Source: Octopus sinensis (Eukaryota). Taken from it: 50,412 nt of DNA. The notes under the pieces were generated by a model that was not told the DNA's origin, made no database searches, and was given only the letters and a program-made list of their open reading frames with translations. The position numbers were made by a program, and so were the translations under genes. Below, piece after piece: positions 37,990-50,412 of this stretch; within the stretch, counting starts at the first letter, position 1, and each line of letters opens with the position of its first letter. The DNA is taken from assembly GCF_006345805.1 (NCBI RefSeq), contig NW_021835343.1, forward strand, positions 1 through 50,412, given 5' to 3'.

Positions 37990-38760
37990 ATATAAATCTT
38001 CGCCGTGTCAATATTTCTAATGATAAGAATAACAAGATTTTTGAGTTGCCAATATCAACAGATCATCTATCGATATTGGCATCGCCATAATATATCAACT
38101 GTAAAATCGCTAAAAGGATCTAGCGAAGTTGAAGAACTTTCCATTAGAGATCGGGGACAATTCTTTCGATCCAAATTAGAGCAGTTTACTCTCTCTCTCT
38201 TTGTCTCTCTCTCTTCTCGCTATCTTTCTCTTTCCTTCTCTTTCTACTTCTTTCACTATCAATATCCCTATCTATATATATCTCTCCCGATCTTTCTCCT
38301 ACATTTTCTCTTCCCGTGATTTTCAATTGCGCAATCATGGCCACTTGACGTGTGTCTCATTCCTTGGAGAAATAACTACTTTCACAAAGATATTAGAACC
38401 ACTCTTGTGTTTATATCCGCTTGACCAATTAGATGCATTATTGTTAAGAGTAGATTTCCAAATATTTGTGGTCTCATTTGTCCCAGAAAATCCAAACCAT
38501 ACCTAATAAATATTTACTCAGCATCTCATCACGGTGATAATATATTGTACAAGTGTCTTTGTTAAAGTTCCCTCGATGTTCCGAAACTTGTTTATCACAT
38601 GCATTCCCTTCGCAAATGAATATCGCATTTATATGAAATTATATGTTAATACTTTTCACAGATCAGTGAATTACCTACTAAGTCTAGTGCAGCGTCTTAC
38701 ATCTATGCACGTACAATTTCAGACCATTTCCATACAACAAATATATTAACATAAATTATA
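37990..38760 (-). pseudogene. Decayed tandem CTLDs
   Basis: WKWSE..LICEK*, AIFICEGNACD..CTIYY, VWFGFSGTNETTNIWKSTLNNNASNWSSG..KW, then NCPRS-NGKFFNF. Confidence 0.65.
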
Positions 38761-39028
38761 TGCGTGCGTGTGTGTGTGGGTGTGTAAACACACACACACA
38801 CATATCTATAAATATTTATATATATATATATATATATTTATACATACAAACACACATACACATATGAATACTGACACACACACACACACATACGCACGTA
38901 CACACACGCACATACGTATGTATACCAATACACGTGTTTCTTTCTCAATATATGTAAATATATGTGTCAATTGTGTATATGTGCGTGTACACAAACGTAT
39001 ATATAAATAACTGTCTATATAGATGCAC

Positions 39029-39059
<31 letters not shown>

Positions 39060-39064
39060 GCATA

Positions 39065-39099
<35 letters not shown>

Positions 39100-39109
39100 T
39101 ATCTATCTA

Positions 39110-39149
<40 letters not shown>

Positions 39150-39157
<8 letters not shown>

Positions 39158-40200
39158 AATATATATATATACACCTGTTTTTGCGGCAAAAAACCTTCCA
39201 CATTTTAACTGCAACTTCAGGACACGTATCAGTCCAAAACATAAAGATATGGAAAAGGAAAAGAAACAGTAAGGTATTAGAACTATCTGTAGATACAGGT
39301 AATATGTCACTACATCGTGACAATAAGAGTGAGAGGTGTGGATGCGCAACGGTCCAGTAGTTAGGGCAGCGGACTCGCGGTCGTAAGAACGCGGTTTCGA
39401 TTCCCAGGCCGGGCATTCTGAGTGTTTGTTGCGCAAAAACACTTAAGGTCCACGAAGCTCCGGATGGAAGGGGTGGTGAATCCCGCTGTACTCTTTCACC
39501 ACAACTTTCTCTCATTCTTTCTCCCAACTTCTGCCACAATGCAGAGGAACCATGGTGTAATCCACTATGTTGTGGTAACCTTTCAGACTCTAGATTAGAT
39601 TGCGAATCCTCTGTACCCCAGGATGGTTCAGCTCTCTACCCGTTAGAAGCCACTGTTTACGGAATGAGGATAACAACGTAGCTTTCGCGCCCGTGCAACT
39701 GCCAGTCTATCGCACGTGGTGGGTGGATCTTCAAGTTGCCACATGCATTTTTAGTAGCTTAAAGTAGGCTCGAATTAGAGATTATTGTTTGTGCTAATGG
39801 CGTGAGCCCTGTTTGGAAGAAGAAGAAGAAGTCTTCCTGTTGTACGTTCTATATTCTTCAAAGAACTATAAAAGTAAATACTATCATTGTTGTTTTCGTT
39901 ATTATTGCTACTGCTGCTGTTGTTATAGTTGTTATTGTTTTCGAGGATCATCCGGATTTGACCTGACCCAGCAAATTTATAATCAAATGAAATTTTAACC
40001 ATGGCCATGCCATTGGACATTTCTTTCTTGGTTGCTTCTCATTCCAAGATACAATGGTTTTAGAACTTGGTTATCTAAGTTTTCTATATATATGACAAGC
40101 AGTGATTTAACGAATATTTGGTTTTTATTTCAAGCAGTTCGGGTGGTCACATAGATGTTCCTTTGAACACCTCATTACCTGCAAAAACTGAAACAGTCAA
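39150..40200 (-). pseudogene. Decayed tandem CTLDs interrupted by a SINE and an AAT-type tract
   Basis: LLEIKNQ..LYLGMRSN..VQWHGHG..FDY..GQ-PDD (40140-39945); DWQLHGRESYVV (about 39700); SLCFGLIR and MFWTDTCPEVAVKMWK (track ORFs 39146 and 39111). Confidence 0.65.
39338..39538 (+). mobile_element. SINE family C, 5' half
   Basis: tagttagggcagcggactcgcggtcgtaagaacgcggtttcgattccc head. Confidence 0.9.
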
Positions 40201-40619
40201 TCCTCTCTACATCCCTCCCAGCCTCTTTTCTCTCCCTCTCACCCTTTATATCACTATATCCCCATTTATCTACCTGTATACATACATGTAGATACGTGTA
40301 TCTATACGTATGAACACACACACATGTATATATGCATATATATATATATATATGTGTGTATATATATATGTAAATATACATACATACATATATACATACA
40401 TATATATATACACATACGTATATATATATAATATATATATACATACATATATATATGTATATATATATACATATATACACACATATATATATATGTATAC
40501 ATATATACATATATACATATATACATACATATATATATATATATACATATATATGTATGTGTGTGTGTATGTATATATATTGTACGGTAGTTCTATATGA
40601 ATGTATTTATGTACGTGTG

Positions 40620-41015
40620 TTAGTATGAATCGTATTGTATATTCACGTGGTGTGATATTTGAGCTACGTTTACAAGGTGTATCATTACAAACCGACCCTA
40701 ACTCGATACTCCAGCAGAAAATTGGTCGCCACTTTACGTTATTAATGTTCCCCTTACGTGTTTCAATTCATTGGGGCCGTTATTGTCTTTAGTGGTGGGT
40801 TCATTCGGTATTTGAGTTACCTAATTGTGCGCACTGACCGCGAAAATTGAGGTTTTGGCATTTTGCCCTTAAAAGCCAGTGAGATAAAGACCTACCGCTA
40901 AGATCGACATTTTATTTGTTCTCCTTATAAGAAAATGAAATCGTCATCATCATCATCATCATCCATCCCATAATCATCATCATCATCATCATCATCGTCG
41001 TCGTCGTCGTCATCG

Positions 41016-41049
<34 letters not shown>

Positions 41050-41386
41050 AATCATCATCATATTAATCATCATCTTAATCATCATCATCATCATCATCGT
41101 CATCATCATCGTCTTCATCATCGTCATCTTAAGACAGAATGATGAACAACGTTAACACATTTACCCAATGGTATATTCTTATATGCAGTTTAAAAAATAT
41201 ATAGCTATCATTTTATTTTAAAAATCTGTGTTATTTATTCCAATATGAACTTATATATAAATGCGTGTGTGTGTGTGTGTGTGTGTATACATCCATATAA
41301 GTAAATATGTATGCTTATGTATAAATACATGCTGCTCCAGTATGGCCGCACTCATAGTACTGAAACATGCTAAAGAATGAAAGAGG

Positions 41387-41421
<35 letters not shown>

Positions 41422-41435
41422 CTTACATGTATACG

Positions 41436-41467
<32 letters not shown>

Positions 41468-41553
41468 CATCCACATTTATATACATATACATATATATAT
41501 TATATATATAATATATATACATACATATGCATACCACAACACATCCATATATA

Positions 41554-41602
<49 letters not shown>

Positions 41603-41871
41603 TTTATGAACTTTTGTTGCAAGATACCTGATGTGAATCCGCGTGTTAAAACAGATATTGGTGCATTTCATGATGATCATTTTTGTTTCTGTCAAATAAA
41701 CACAGGCGCTATATATTAGTTTTTACACGTTTATAACTGTACTTATTATATCCGGAAAGCTTTTGTCGAGACATCTCCAGCGACACTTTCCGTTCTCGAG
41801 TGTACTTCTGCTCCGCTTAGACCATTCTGTTCTTCTATGAGTTGTATCCTTATCTAGATAAGTATGCAACA

Positions 41872-41913
<42 letters not shown>

Positions 41914-42481
41914 CACGTTGCACAGATAGCTTGATCAACTCCGTACCGGTTGCGAACTCGGCCTGGCACAGGCGTAGAGATAGGAGAGTAGTGTAGTTCG
42001 CTTGAAGCATTGTGTATTGTTTGTAAAGGATAAAATGTTTTGAATGGTACAACAATGAACTATAATACAAACAATGCTTCAAGCGAACTACAATACTCTC
42101 CTATCTCTACGCATGGGCCAGGCCGAGTTCGCAACCGCTAGGGAGTTGATCAACCTATCTGAGAAACATGCTAGCTGAAGAAGGAATTTTATTCCAAAAC
42201 ATTATCAGACTATGGATGACTTAATTACAACAGGTATATAGCCCATTGTCTGTATTATAGTGCAGTGTTGTACCATTCAAATCTTTTCTATTCTTTACAG
42301 ACAATACACAATGCTTCAAGCGAACTACAACACTCTCCTATATATGCATATGTGTGTGTTGTGCGCGCGCGTGTGTGTGTGTGTGTGTGTGTGTGAGTGT
42401 CTTTAGCAGTGATTTCGAATTTTCGGGCAATTTCACCATTGTTTGGACTACGAAGCATTAAAATTGGCCTTGCCTTGAAAT

Positions 42482-42517
<36 letters not shown>

Positions 42518-43260
42518 ATACACTTACACATACATGCATACATATGAGTGTGCGCAATCGCAGGAGTGTGTGTGTGTGTATGCATGTGAAGTTTTGATGA
42601 ACACCATTTTATTTGATTGGTTCCTTACGTACGTTTCACAGTTGTGGCTGGTTGCCACTGCCGCATTCGATCTTCAAGGAGCAATTGGATTCTTGCCTAT
42701 AATGATTCATCGAGGAAGACTTGATTGCATTCTGTTACCGAAGTCAAAAGTCTGTAACATTAACCGCAGAATATTGAAACCTATTGTTTTAAAAATCTCT
42801 CCAAAATGCCGCACAACTGCGATCAGATCTAAAACCCCAGACAGTCAACACTGTGTAGTCCAAAACCACTTGTTGTGTGTTTCGGAAAGCTAGATATGAT
42901 GGGGTGGGATGGGGGTTGCAGTTGCTAAACCTCCTTTGCTCTCCACCATCATTGATAAGCGATGCAAATGCTTTATAAACTACCAGAAATAGTCCTTGCT
43001 CAATGGAGTAACATCATCTTTACCATTCACAATTTTTCCCACTTCGGAGTGAGTTTACATCTGGAAACAGCCCAAAGAGTATCGTTCAACTCTGATTGTA
43101 TGGCCCCTACAGTAAGCGTGGAGGTGGCTATGGGATAACTTGGACAACTATATCACGAAATTTTCTTGGCCTTTTAGTTGTTCTCCAAGGCAGGGGTCAT
43201 GAGCATTTCAGCTGACGTTAAGTGGAGCCGTCAGAATCTGTTTTCCAACAGCATACAAAC
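40620..43260 (-). pseudogene. Decayed tandem CTLDs (about 3 domains) split by microsatellites and a foldback element
   Basis: SDGST..VS*NAHDP..GQENFVI..LNDTLW (43240-43080); CKLTPKWEK..CYSI..ESKGGLAT..FGLHS..GFRSDRS..FW..CE (43060-42630); CPKIRNHC (about 42420); [15 protein letters not shown] (41705-41610); HN*V..NEP and CNDTPCKR (40840-40665). Confidence 0.7.
41912..42342. mobile_element. Foldback repeat: tandem unit with a fold-back inversion
   Basis: 41912-42020 is the reverse complement of 42068-42175; 41978-42076 is the reverse complement of about 42245-42342. Confidence 0.85.
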
Positions 43261-43549
43261 ACCTTACACACATACTCGCACACACGCACATACGCACAGA
43301 GAGACAGAAAGACAGACACATACATAAGTACGCGTGTGCCCGAACACCCACCCACACACATTCGTATATACTTACATCTATATATATAATTACATAATTC
43401 TGTGTTTTGTGTGTGTGTGCGCCCGGTCGCGTGTCTAAGAGTGTATATCTGTATCTATATACATGTACGCACACAACACACACACACACACACATATATA
43501 TATACACATACTAAGCATACATATAGATGTAGGCACACATATATCGTAT

Positions 43550-43582
<33 letters not shown>

Positions 43583-43769
43583 TTTATAACCAAACACACA
43601 TATATATATATATAGATATATATTATATATAGTTAGCACCTCACGCACGCATATATTACCCATATGTATATCTGTATACCCATATGTACATATGTGTGTA
43701 TGTGTTTTACAATTATGTATGTATTTGTGTATGTATACTAGTACGATGTATGTATATATTATTGTACCA

Positions 43770-44030
43770 CACACTACTCACATAATGATAGTTGAGTTAA
43801 GTTAACATGGAATGTTTCATGACACAACATCCTAGCTAACACGATACAACAGTAGAAACTTTGTCGCCAAATTTCGTCATTAATGATTCCCTTACGTGTG
43901 TCAGTATATGGCCAGCTGAATACGTTATATTTGTATTGCATGCTAACCAGCTTGTCTTTACTGGAGTGATCGGAGTAAATGAGGCGCAATGACCCCGTGA
44001 ATAGAGGTTCTGACATTTCACCCTCAGATC
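43770..44030 (-). pseudogene. Decayed CTLD fragment
   Basis: Track ORFs give KCQNLYSRGHCASF (like C....GHLASI) and IYSDHS..LSLCE. Confidence 0.5.
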
Positions 44031-44140
44031 GAGGATATCTAAACCTCAGTTGGGCTTAATATTGTAGTTTCTTTTTTTTTGTTTTTGTTTTTCCTTTATC
44101 TACTTTAATTGAAATCGCTATCATTTGACGGTATACTTAA

Positions 44141-44477
44141 TGTTTGTTTGTTTGTTTGTTGATTGTTCCTTCTCGATCTACGCCTGTCTTATAAGGGCCA
44201 GTTTCCCGGTTTCCTTGGCGAATAGGTTCCCCACCTGGACGGGTCACCGGTCCATCACAGGTGAGCTGCAAGATGCAAGAGGAAAGAGTGAGAGAAAGTT
44301 GTGGCGAAAGAGTCAGCACAAGTTCGCTATTACCTTCTGCCGGAGTCGCGTGGAGCTTAGGTGTTTCGCTCATAAACACACACACACCACACACACCACA
44401 CCACTCGGTCTGAGATTCGAACCCGCGATCCCTCGACCGCGAGTTCGCTGCTCTAACCACTAGTCCATGTGCCTCCA
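44141..44477 (-). mobile_element. SINE family C, tail type 2 ending in (AAAC)n
   Basis: Family C head and body, then tail cctgtgatggaccggtgacccgtccaggtgggg. Confidence 0.92.
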
Positions 44478-44559
44478 TAACGGTATGCTTAAGGAATTCA
44501 GCGAGTTGAAAGAATCTTTATAGCACCAGAAAATAAACATTGCATATTTTCTTCGAGAT

Positions 44560-44705
44560 TTTTATAGTCTGAGTTGAAGATCTACCGAGTCCAACCTTGT
44601 CTTTCATCTTTCAATGGTTCGATGAAATAAAGTGCCAATCAAGTACTGGATCGATGTTGTTGACTAATCCCTTTCCCTAAAAACTGCTGGCCTTCAGCCT
44701 AAATT
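44560..44705 (+). mobile_element. SINE family A fragment (old)
   Basis: ccttgtctttcatctttcaatggttcgatgaaataaagtgcc. Confidence 0.7.
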
Positions 44706-45804
44706 ACAAACGACTATTAAAATACATGCGTCTGCTTTATTAGTCTCTTGTAATCCTGGCCTTATCACCAATGAGTATGCGGTCGCGTCATGGAATTCTA
44801 CGCGTTTCAACGCGTCGGTCAAACTGCCCTTCCCATTCAGTTTCGTACCCGTGGACGTCTCGGGGTTCTCTAGTCGTTTTCTTCTCTCCCGGCACTGCCA
44901 GCCAGCGTTGCGTAGGACCGAGGGCATCAACCTCCCCCTGGGGCTCGTCTATTTCTCATTCGTTCCTTTCGAGGATACTTTTTACCGAATATCCGAGGCA
45001 ACCGGTACGTTAACATTGAAAAAAAAAAAAGAAAAGTATCTCCTAACTCCCACCCCTCATAGTTGCTGGCCTTGTACCTGAATACCAAACCATCATTAGT
45101 ACTAGTATTATTATAATTGGCCTCCTGCCAAAATATGAAACAATTATAAATGACCTTTCAGTAGAGGCTGCCACTACCTGTCCAGTAAACTTAGGTGAAA
45201 TAATCTGTTTTAGGTATTTTTACCCCTTATTTTAACGTTTCTTTCTTCTCCCCTCTCTCAAAGCAAAATAATTTATTTTATCTCACTTTATGAATTTTTT
45301 CTCATAATATAGATTAGTTTGAATTTAACTGGTAACTGATACGCTTAGACTATAAATTACTCTGTACATTCCAATTAAATCAAAAAAAAAAAAGAAAGAA
45401 AAATAAATTCCCAGGAAATCATTTCGAGGCATTTAGTGCGTTGTTGAGAATCTTAAAACGACTCTTGTACATTGCTGTAGTCGTTTGTTGGGTTTGTTGG
45501 GTTCCAGTTGTTAATATTGTTGTTTTTGTTGCTTTTGAGTCGTTGTTGTTGTTGTTGTTGTCGTAATTGCAGTTGTTGTTGTTACTATTTCTGCAATAGT
45601 TGTTGTTGCTGCTATTTATGTATTTCTTATCGTTTCTGCTTCTGCTTTTTTTTTAGTTCTTATTTATGGATTTATTATTGTTGATGTTGTAGCTATAAGT
45701 AGTTTTGTTACAGCAGTTGTAGTTGTTCTTGTTGTTGTGCAATTGCTATTGCTGTTCTTGTCATTGCTGTTGGTGGTTTATTTGCTCTTATTATTGTTGT
45801 TAAG

Positions 45805-46203
45805 TGTTGCTGTTGCTGTTGAGCGAAGCGGTCTTCGTCCCAGAGCTCGCAAGATCGCGCCTCGGTAATGGGAGAAGTTCGAAACGTGGGTCTTTGCTAT
45901 TCGTATGACCCGCAGAAGAGAAAGCAGGTCAACCCCCGACACCGAGAGCATCGACGGATGGATGAATGCGCATCCAGGCTCAGCGGTTGCGTAGGAAGTC
46001 GGGGACAAGAAACAGGAAGAAAAAGTGAGAGAAAGTTGAGGCGTAAGAGTACAACAGGGGTCGCCACTACCCACTGCCGGAGCCTCTTGGAGCTTTAGGT
46101 GTTTTCGCTCAATAAACACAAACAACGCCCGGTCTGGGAATCGAAACCGCGATCCTCCGACCGCGAATCCGCTCCCCTAACCACTGGGCCATTGCGCCCC
46201 CAC
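45805..46203 (-). mobile_element. SINE family C, tail type 3, inside a degenerate (TTG)n region
   Basis: Family C head; distinct tail ccccgacttcctacgcaaccgctgagcctggatgcg. Confidence 0.92.
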
Positions 46204-46679
46204 TGCTGTTGTTGTTTTTGCAGTCGTTGCCATTAATTCTATTGATAGTGATGGAGCTGGTAATGCTGTGTTGTTGTTGTGTTTGATGTTGTTGTTATTG
46301 TTGTTGTTGTTGGTGGTGGTGGTAGTCGTAGTGGTAGTGGTACTGCTGCTGTTGTAATTGGTGTTCATGGTAGTGTATGTGTTGGTTGTAGATTTGGTGC
46401 TAGTCATAGTGGCGCTTGTCTAAGTGTTGTTGCTACTATCTTGGCTCTTGTTTTTACAGTTTATTCGCCAAGAGGGATCTACCATATCTATGATCAAAGT
46501 ATTCCTGTAGGGACCATAACGTGCATGTAGGGACACACCTAGAACGATATAACCTAATCCCCTTGAATGTTCTTACATTTTTACAGCAGTTCACAAAAAA
46601 AAACCTAAGAAGCATCTAGCTGCTATTTCTTGTAGTTCGATGAACCATGTAGAGACTCGCTTTCCTTGCGATATTACTA

Positions 46680-46960
46680 ATTTAATCTTCCCTGACATTA
46701 CTGTTTAACGCCCAAGTTAGCGCTGAACTGAGAGAAATAAGATCAAAAGCGTTCTAGCTGTCTCCATCCTTTTGTTTTCTGTATACAGGACAACGTTTTC
46801 TTCAGTTTTCTTTCTATTTTAAGATGGTAGACTGTTATTTGGAGAAGACGTAGATGACATTTCTAACGGATTGCCTGACCACTTAGAAGTTGAAGTTCTC
46901 GTGTTCGCTCGTGTTATTACCGTTGTTTTATGTTTTGTTTTCCATTTTCTTAAAGATGGA
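46680..46960 (-). pseudogene. Decayed CTLD C-terminal half
   Basis: KWSGNPLEMSSTSSPNN..EENVVLY..GWRQLER (CGC possibly from TGC). Confidence 0.55.
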
Positions 46961-46997
46961 TAGCACAATATGTAGAGTATCAGATAGAACATTTAAT

Positions 46998-47288
46998 CAC
47001 CGTCAACATGACGGACCAGGCTATCAGATGTTGCTACAAATCGTTGGTCACAATGCGCTTCGCATTGTTTTAGCCTTCAAATGACGCCACCCCGCTGGCT
47101 AAGCGAGCAGGCCAACAGAAGGAGTGAGAGAAAGTTGTGGCGAAAGAGTACAGCAGGGATCGCCACCGCCCCATGCCTGAGCCTCGTGGAGCTTTAGGTG
47201 TTTTCGCTCAATAAACACTCACAATGCCCGGTCTGGGAATCGAAACCGCGAGTTCGCTGCCCTAACCACTGGGCCATTATGCCGCCAC
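46998..47288 (-). mobile_element. SINE family C, tail type 4
   Basis: Family C head; tail gttggcctgctcgcttagccagcggggtggcgtcatttgaagg. Confidence 0.9.
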
Positions 47289-47647
47289 AGAATATTTGAT
47301 ATTAAGCTATATTTACTTGGGGTGGAGGTGGGGATTCTATTAAGAAATATGGCGTACTGTAATCTACATTTCCTTTTTAAAACGAATTGAGGTAGATTGA
47401 GCTCTTAATTTCAACAGGGTGATCAACAAAACTCTATTCCTTGGTGCAAACTAATTGAATTTCTTTTGACTCCTGCCCTTCAAATAACAATTGCTCGGTG
47501 TCAAAAAATTACTTGTAAGTATGCAACTGAACAACTGAATTCTCAATGGTAGAAAAAATGTTGAAATGAGATTATTAATTGAGCAATCAACATTTTGTAT
47601 CTAGAATCTTTAGCTTACGAATGTAACTGCTAATGTTCACATAGGTA

Positions 47648-48090
47648 CAGGAGTGGCCGCGTGGTAAGTAGCTTGCTTACCAACCACATGGTTCCGGTTT
47701 CAATCCAACTGCGTGACACCTTGGGCAAGTGTCTTCTACTGTAGCCTCAGGCCGAACAAAGCCTTGTGAGTGAATTTGGTAGACAGAAACTGAAAGAAGC
47801 CCGTCGTATATATGTATATGTATATATACATATATGTATATATGTATATATATATATATATATATGTGTGTGTGCGTGTGTGTGTGTGTGCGTGTTTGTC
47901 CCCAACATCGCTTGACAACTGATGCTGGTGTGTTTACGTACCCGTAACTTAGCGGCTTGACAAAAGAGACCGATAGAATAAGTAATAGACTTACAAAGAA
48001 TAAGTCCTGGGGTCGATCTGCTCGACTAAAGGCGGTGCTCCAGCATGGCCGCCGTCAAATAACTGAAACAAGTAAAAGAGAGAGTAAAGA
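47648..48090 (+). mobile_element. SINE family B, full length
   Basis: Head, core and tail as in 31124-31512. Confidence 0.93.
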
Positions 48091-48959
48091 GGAGATTTAC
48101 TTGAAAGTACAAAGAAATAAAGACTAGATTCTACCACCTGATTGTTTATTCTTACGTGTTTGAATTAAAACTGGGACGTTTTTGCTAAAAACACTTTTAA
48201 TCTAATCTAATTAGTATCATGGTAGAAATTTACAAAAATCTGAAGCAAACACCTTCAATTCTGTTAACTTGAAAGCTAAATATAAAGTCACCCTTCTTAA
48301 TATAGACGAGGAAGTATATTTAGTCTCACGCACACCACTTATTATACTTAAAAATCACAAATCTAATTGTTTTAGAAACACTAAATACAGGCGAGAACAA
48401 AAAAAAAGGAATTAGGAATAATTAGCAAGCATAACATATATAGTAATTATAGTAGTAAATAAATATGTCTAACCATCTTTCAGAATGATTTAATAGCAAT
48501 TAGAAGTAATCAACACTGTAAATTTACTTCGTTCGAAAATCAGAATATACAATTTTGATCTTTACGAAGTAATTGTCCGTTTATGAGAGTTACCTCTATT
48601 GCCCGTCTTTGAGAGCTACCTCAGTTGACCCTCTTTGAGAGCTACCTTGAAATTAAGAATCTAAGGAAATATTCGCTCTAGTTTCTAGGCTTGAATAAAT
48701 ATTTCAATTACAATTATTGGACTCCAAAAGTTTAACCCCTTTTTTTGTGTTTCCTCTTTCTCCGACATATTTTTCTTCCATAACAGACCCCTTAGATAGA
48801 AGTAGTTATGTTTATAATTTTCATATTCTTTAATTAGTTCCCTTATCTGTCTTGTTCTCAACAGCCTTTATCAACTTACTTATATAACCTGTCCTATTGT
48901 TGTTTTTCAAACCGATACACATTACCATCATGCAAATTAAATTGTCAACCGCTAAGCTC

Positions 48960-49160
48960 TTTTTGTTTAAATTCTATCCAAACAAAGTATATTTGATATC
49001 AAAATTTCACCGTTATTTGATATTTGAATATGTCCCTGTGTTCCAATGTCCATTGTCACGCAAATATTAAATGCGGGAAACACATATATTATCGATTTAC
49101 AGCTTCCAATCAATATCATATATTCCGTACTGGGTAACATATTTTCGCGCCAATTATACA
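48960..49160 (-). pseudogene. CTLD C-terminal fragment
   Basis: Track ORF YNWRENMLPSTE..SCKSI resembles Y.NW..GEP...C..I. Confidence 0.5.
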
Positions 49161-49821
49161 ATTACACACGCACAGTCACGCACACACACATGCATGCACA
49201 CACACATGCATGCACACAAACATTCATGCACACACACATTCATGCACACACACACACACACACACACATGAATACATATGTGCACATGTAGCTCTAGATA
49301 TATGTGCGTGTGATACACGTGTATAAACGTGATGCGTGCATATCTATGCATGTATTTATTAAATAACGGGTATCTTGGATCTTTTGTGTAGAAACCTACG
49401 TGATGTTGATGATGATGATGATGATGAGGATGATGATGGTATCGAAGATGACGATGACGATATCGATTTTGATGACAATGATAATGGCGTGGGTAATGAT
49501 GATGATGACGACGACGACGATGATGATAATGATGAAGAGACGTCGACGACCATGATGATGTTGAGGAGGAGGAAGATGATGATGATGTTAATAGAAATGT
49601 CACGTAAAGTGTTAAACTGTAAGTAAATTAGTAGCCAATTTAACTAACAGAATTTTCTAGAGGGCACCCCGTCATATCTGATTAGTATAACATGTCATAA
49701 GTTTCTAGAATGTGTTATGTGTGTGTGTATGTATGTGTGTACGTGTGTTTTTGTATGTGTGAGTGTGTATGTGAATGTATGTATGAATATATGTGTGGAA
49801 ATTTATATATATTGTGTATAT

Positions 49822-49855
<34 letters not shown>

Positions 49856-50049
49856 GAATAAGTATGCATGTCTGTATATGCACGCGTGTAGGTATGCATA
49901 TATATTGGTGTGTGTGTGTGTGTGTGTGTGTTAAATAGAAAGTGTGTGTATTAGAAACGAAGATGTATTTACGATTATTCTTACTTGCAAAATCACCTCA
50001 TTAAGACATACATACATACATACACACATGCACACATACATATAAATAT

Positions 50050-50130
50050 AAATACATGTACAGATATATCGTTCTTATCAAGCCATCCCCTGAGGAGTAT
50101 ATTGAAGATTAGAGTTCCTCGCCTAGTGAA
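50050..50130 (-). pseudogene. Decayed CTLD terminus
   Basis: GWLDKN followed, after a frameshift, by YICT. Confidence 0.35.
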
Positions 50131-50282
50131 TCGTATGAAAATCGGGACCGGTAAACGAGAACCGAATTGGTTTTGTGTGCTTTAGTAAATTTATGTTCAC
50201 ATATATAATAATTAATTTTAGATTGAAATATATATTTACTTGTATTTTGCATTCTTCATGTGTGTGTATGTGTGTGTGTGTT

Positions 50283-50333
<51 letters not shown>

Positions 50334-50412
50334 CACATGTAAATGCGTGTGCGTGTATGAGCGTGTCTCGCAACTTCTGTTTCTGTGTATATTTATATCT
50401 ACGGATTTTGTG

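Overview
AT-rich animal genomic DNA, most likely Octopus (inferred from tRNA-derived SINE families and dense TA/CA/GATA/AAT/GAT/GAA microsatellites). I find no intact protein-coding gene, RNA gene or CRISPR array, and most track ORFs are repeat artefacts. Mobile elements: four SINE families (about 25 copies), two mariner remnants, two Tx1/L1-clade LINE remnants, a near full-length decayed RTE LINE, two R4/Dong-clade remnants, a possible Penelope end and three hairpin/foldback elements. Main observation: most of the non-repeat sequence between the insertions, read on the minus strand and allowing stops and frameshifts, gives C-type lectin domain (CTLD) motifs in the correct order, from about 0.56 kb to about 50.1 kb. 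This suggests a fossil giant tandem-CTLD gene broken up by later insertions. These calls come from manual translation and need an HMM test. Second observation: a 5'-truncated Tx1-like LINE sits inside a (GATA)n array, which suggests microsatellite targeting. Coordinates of decayed features are approximate.
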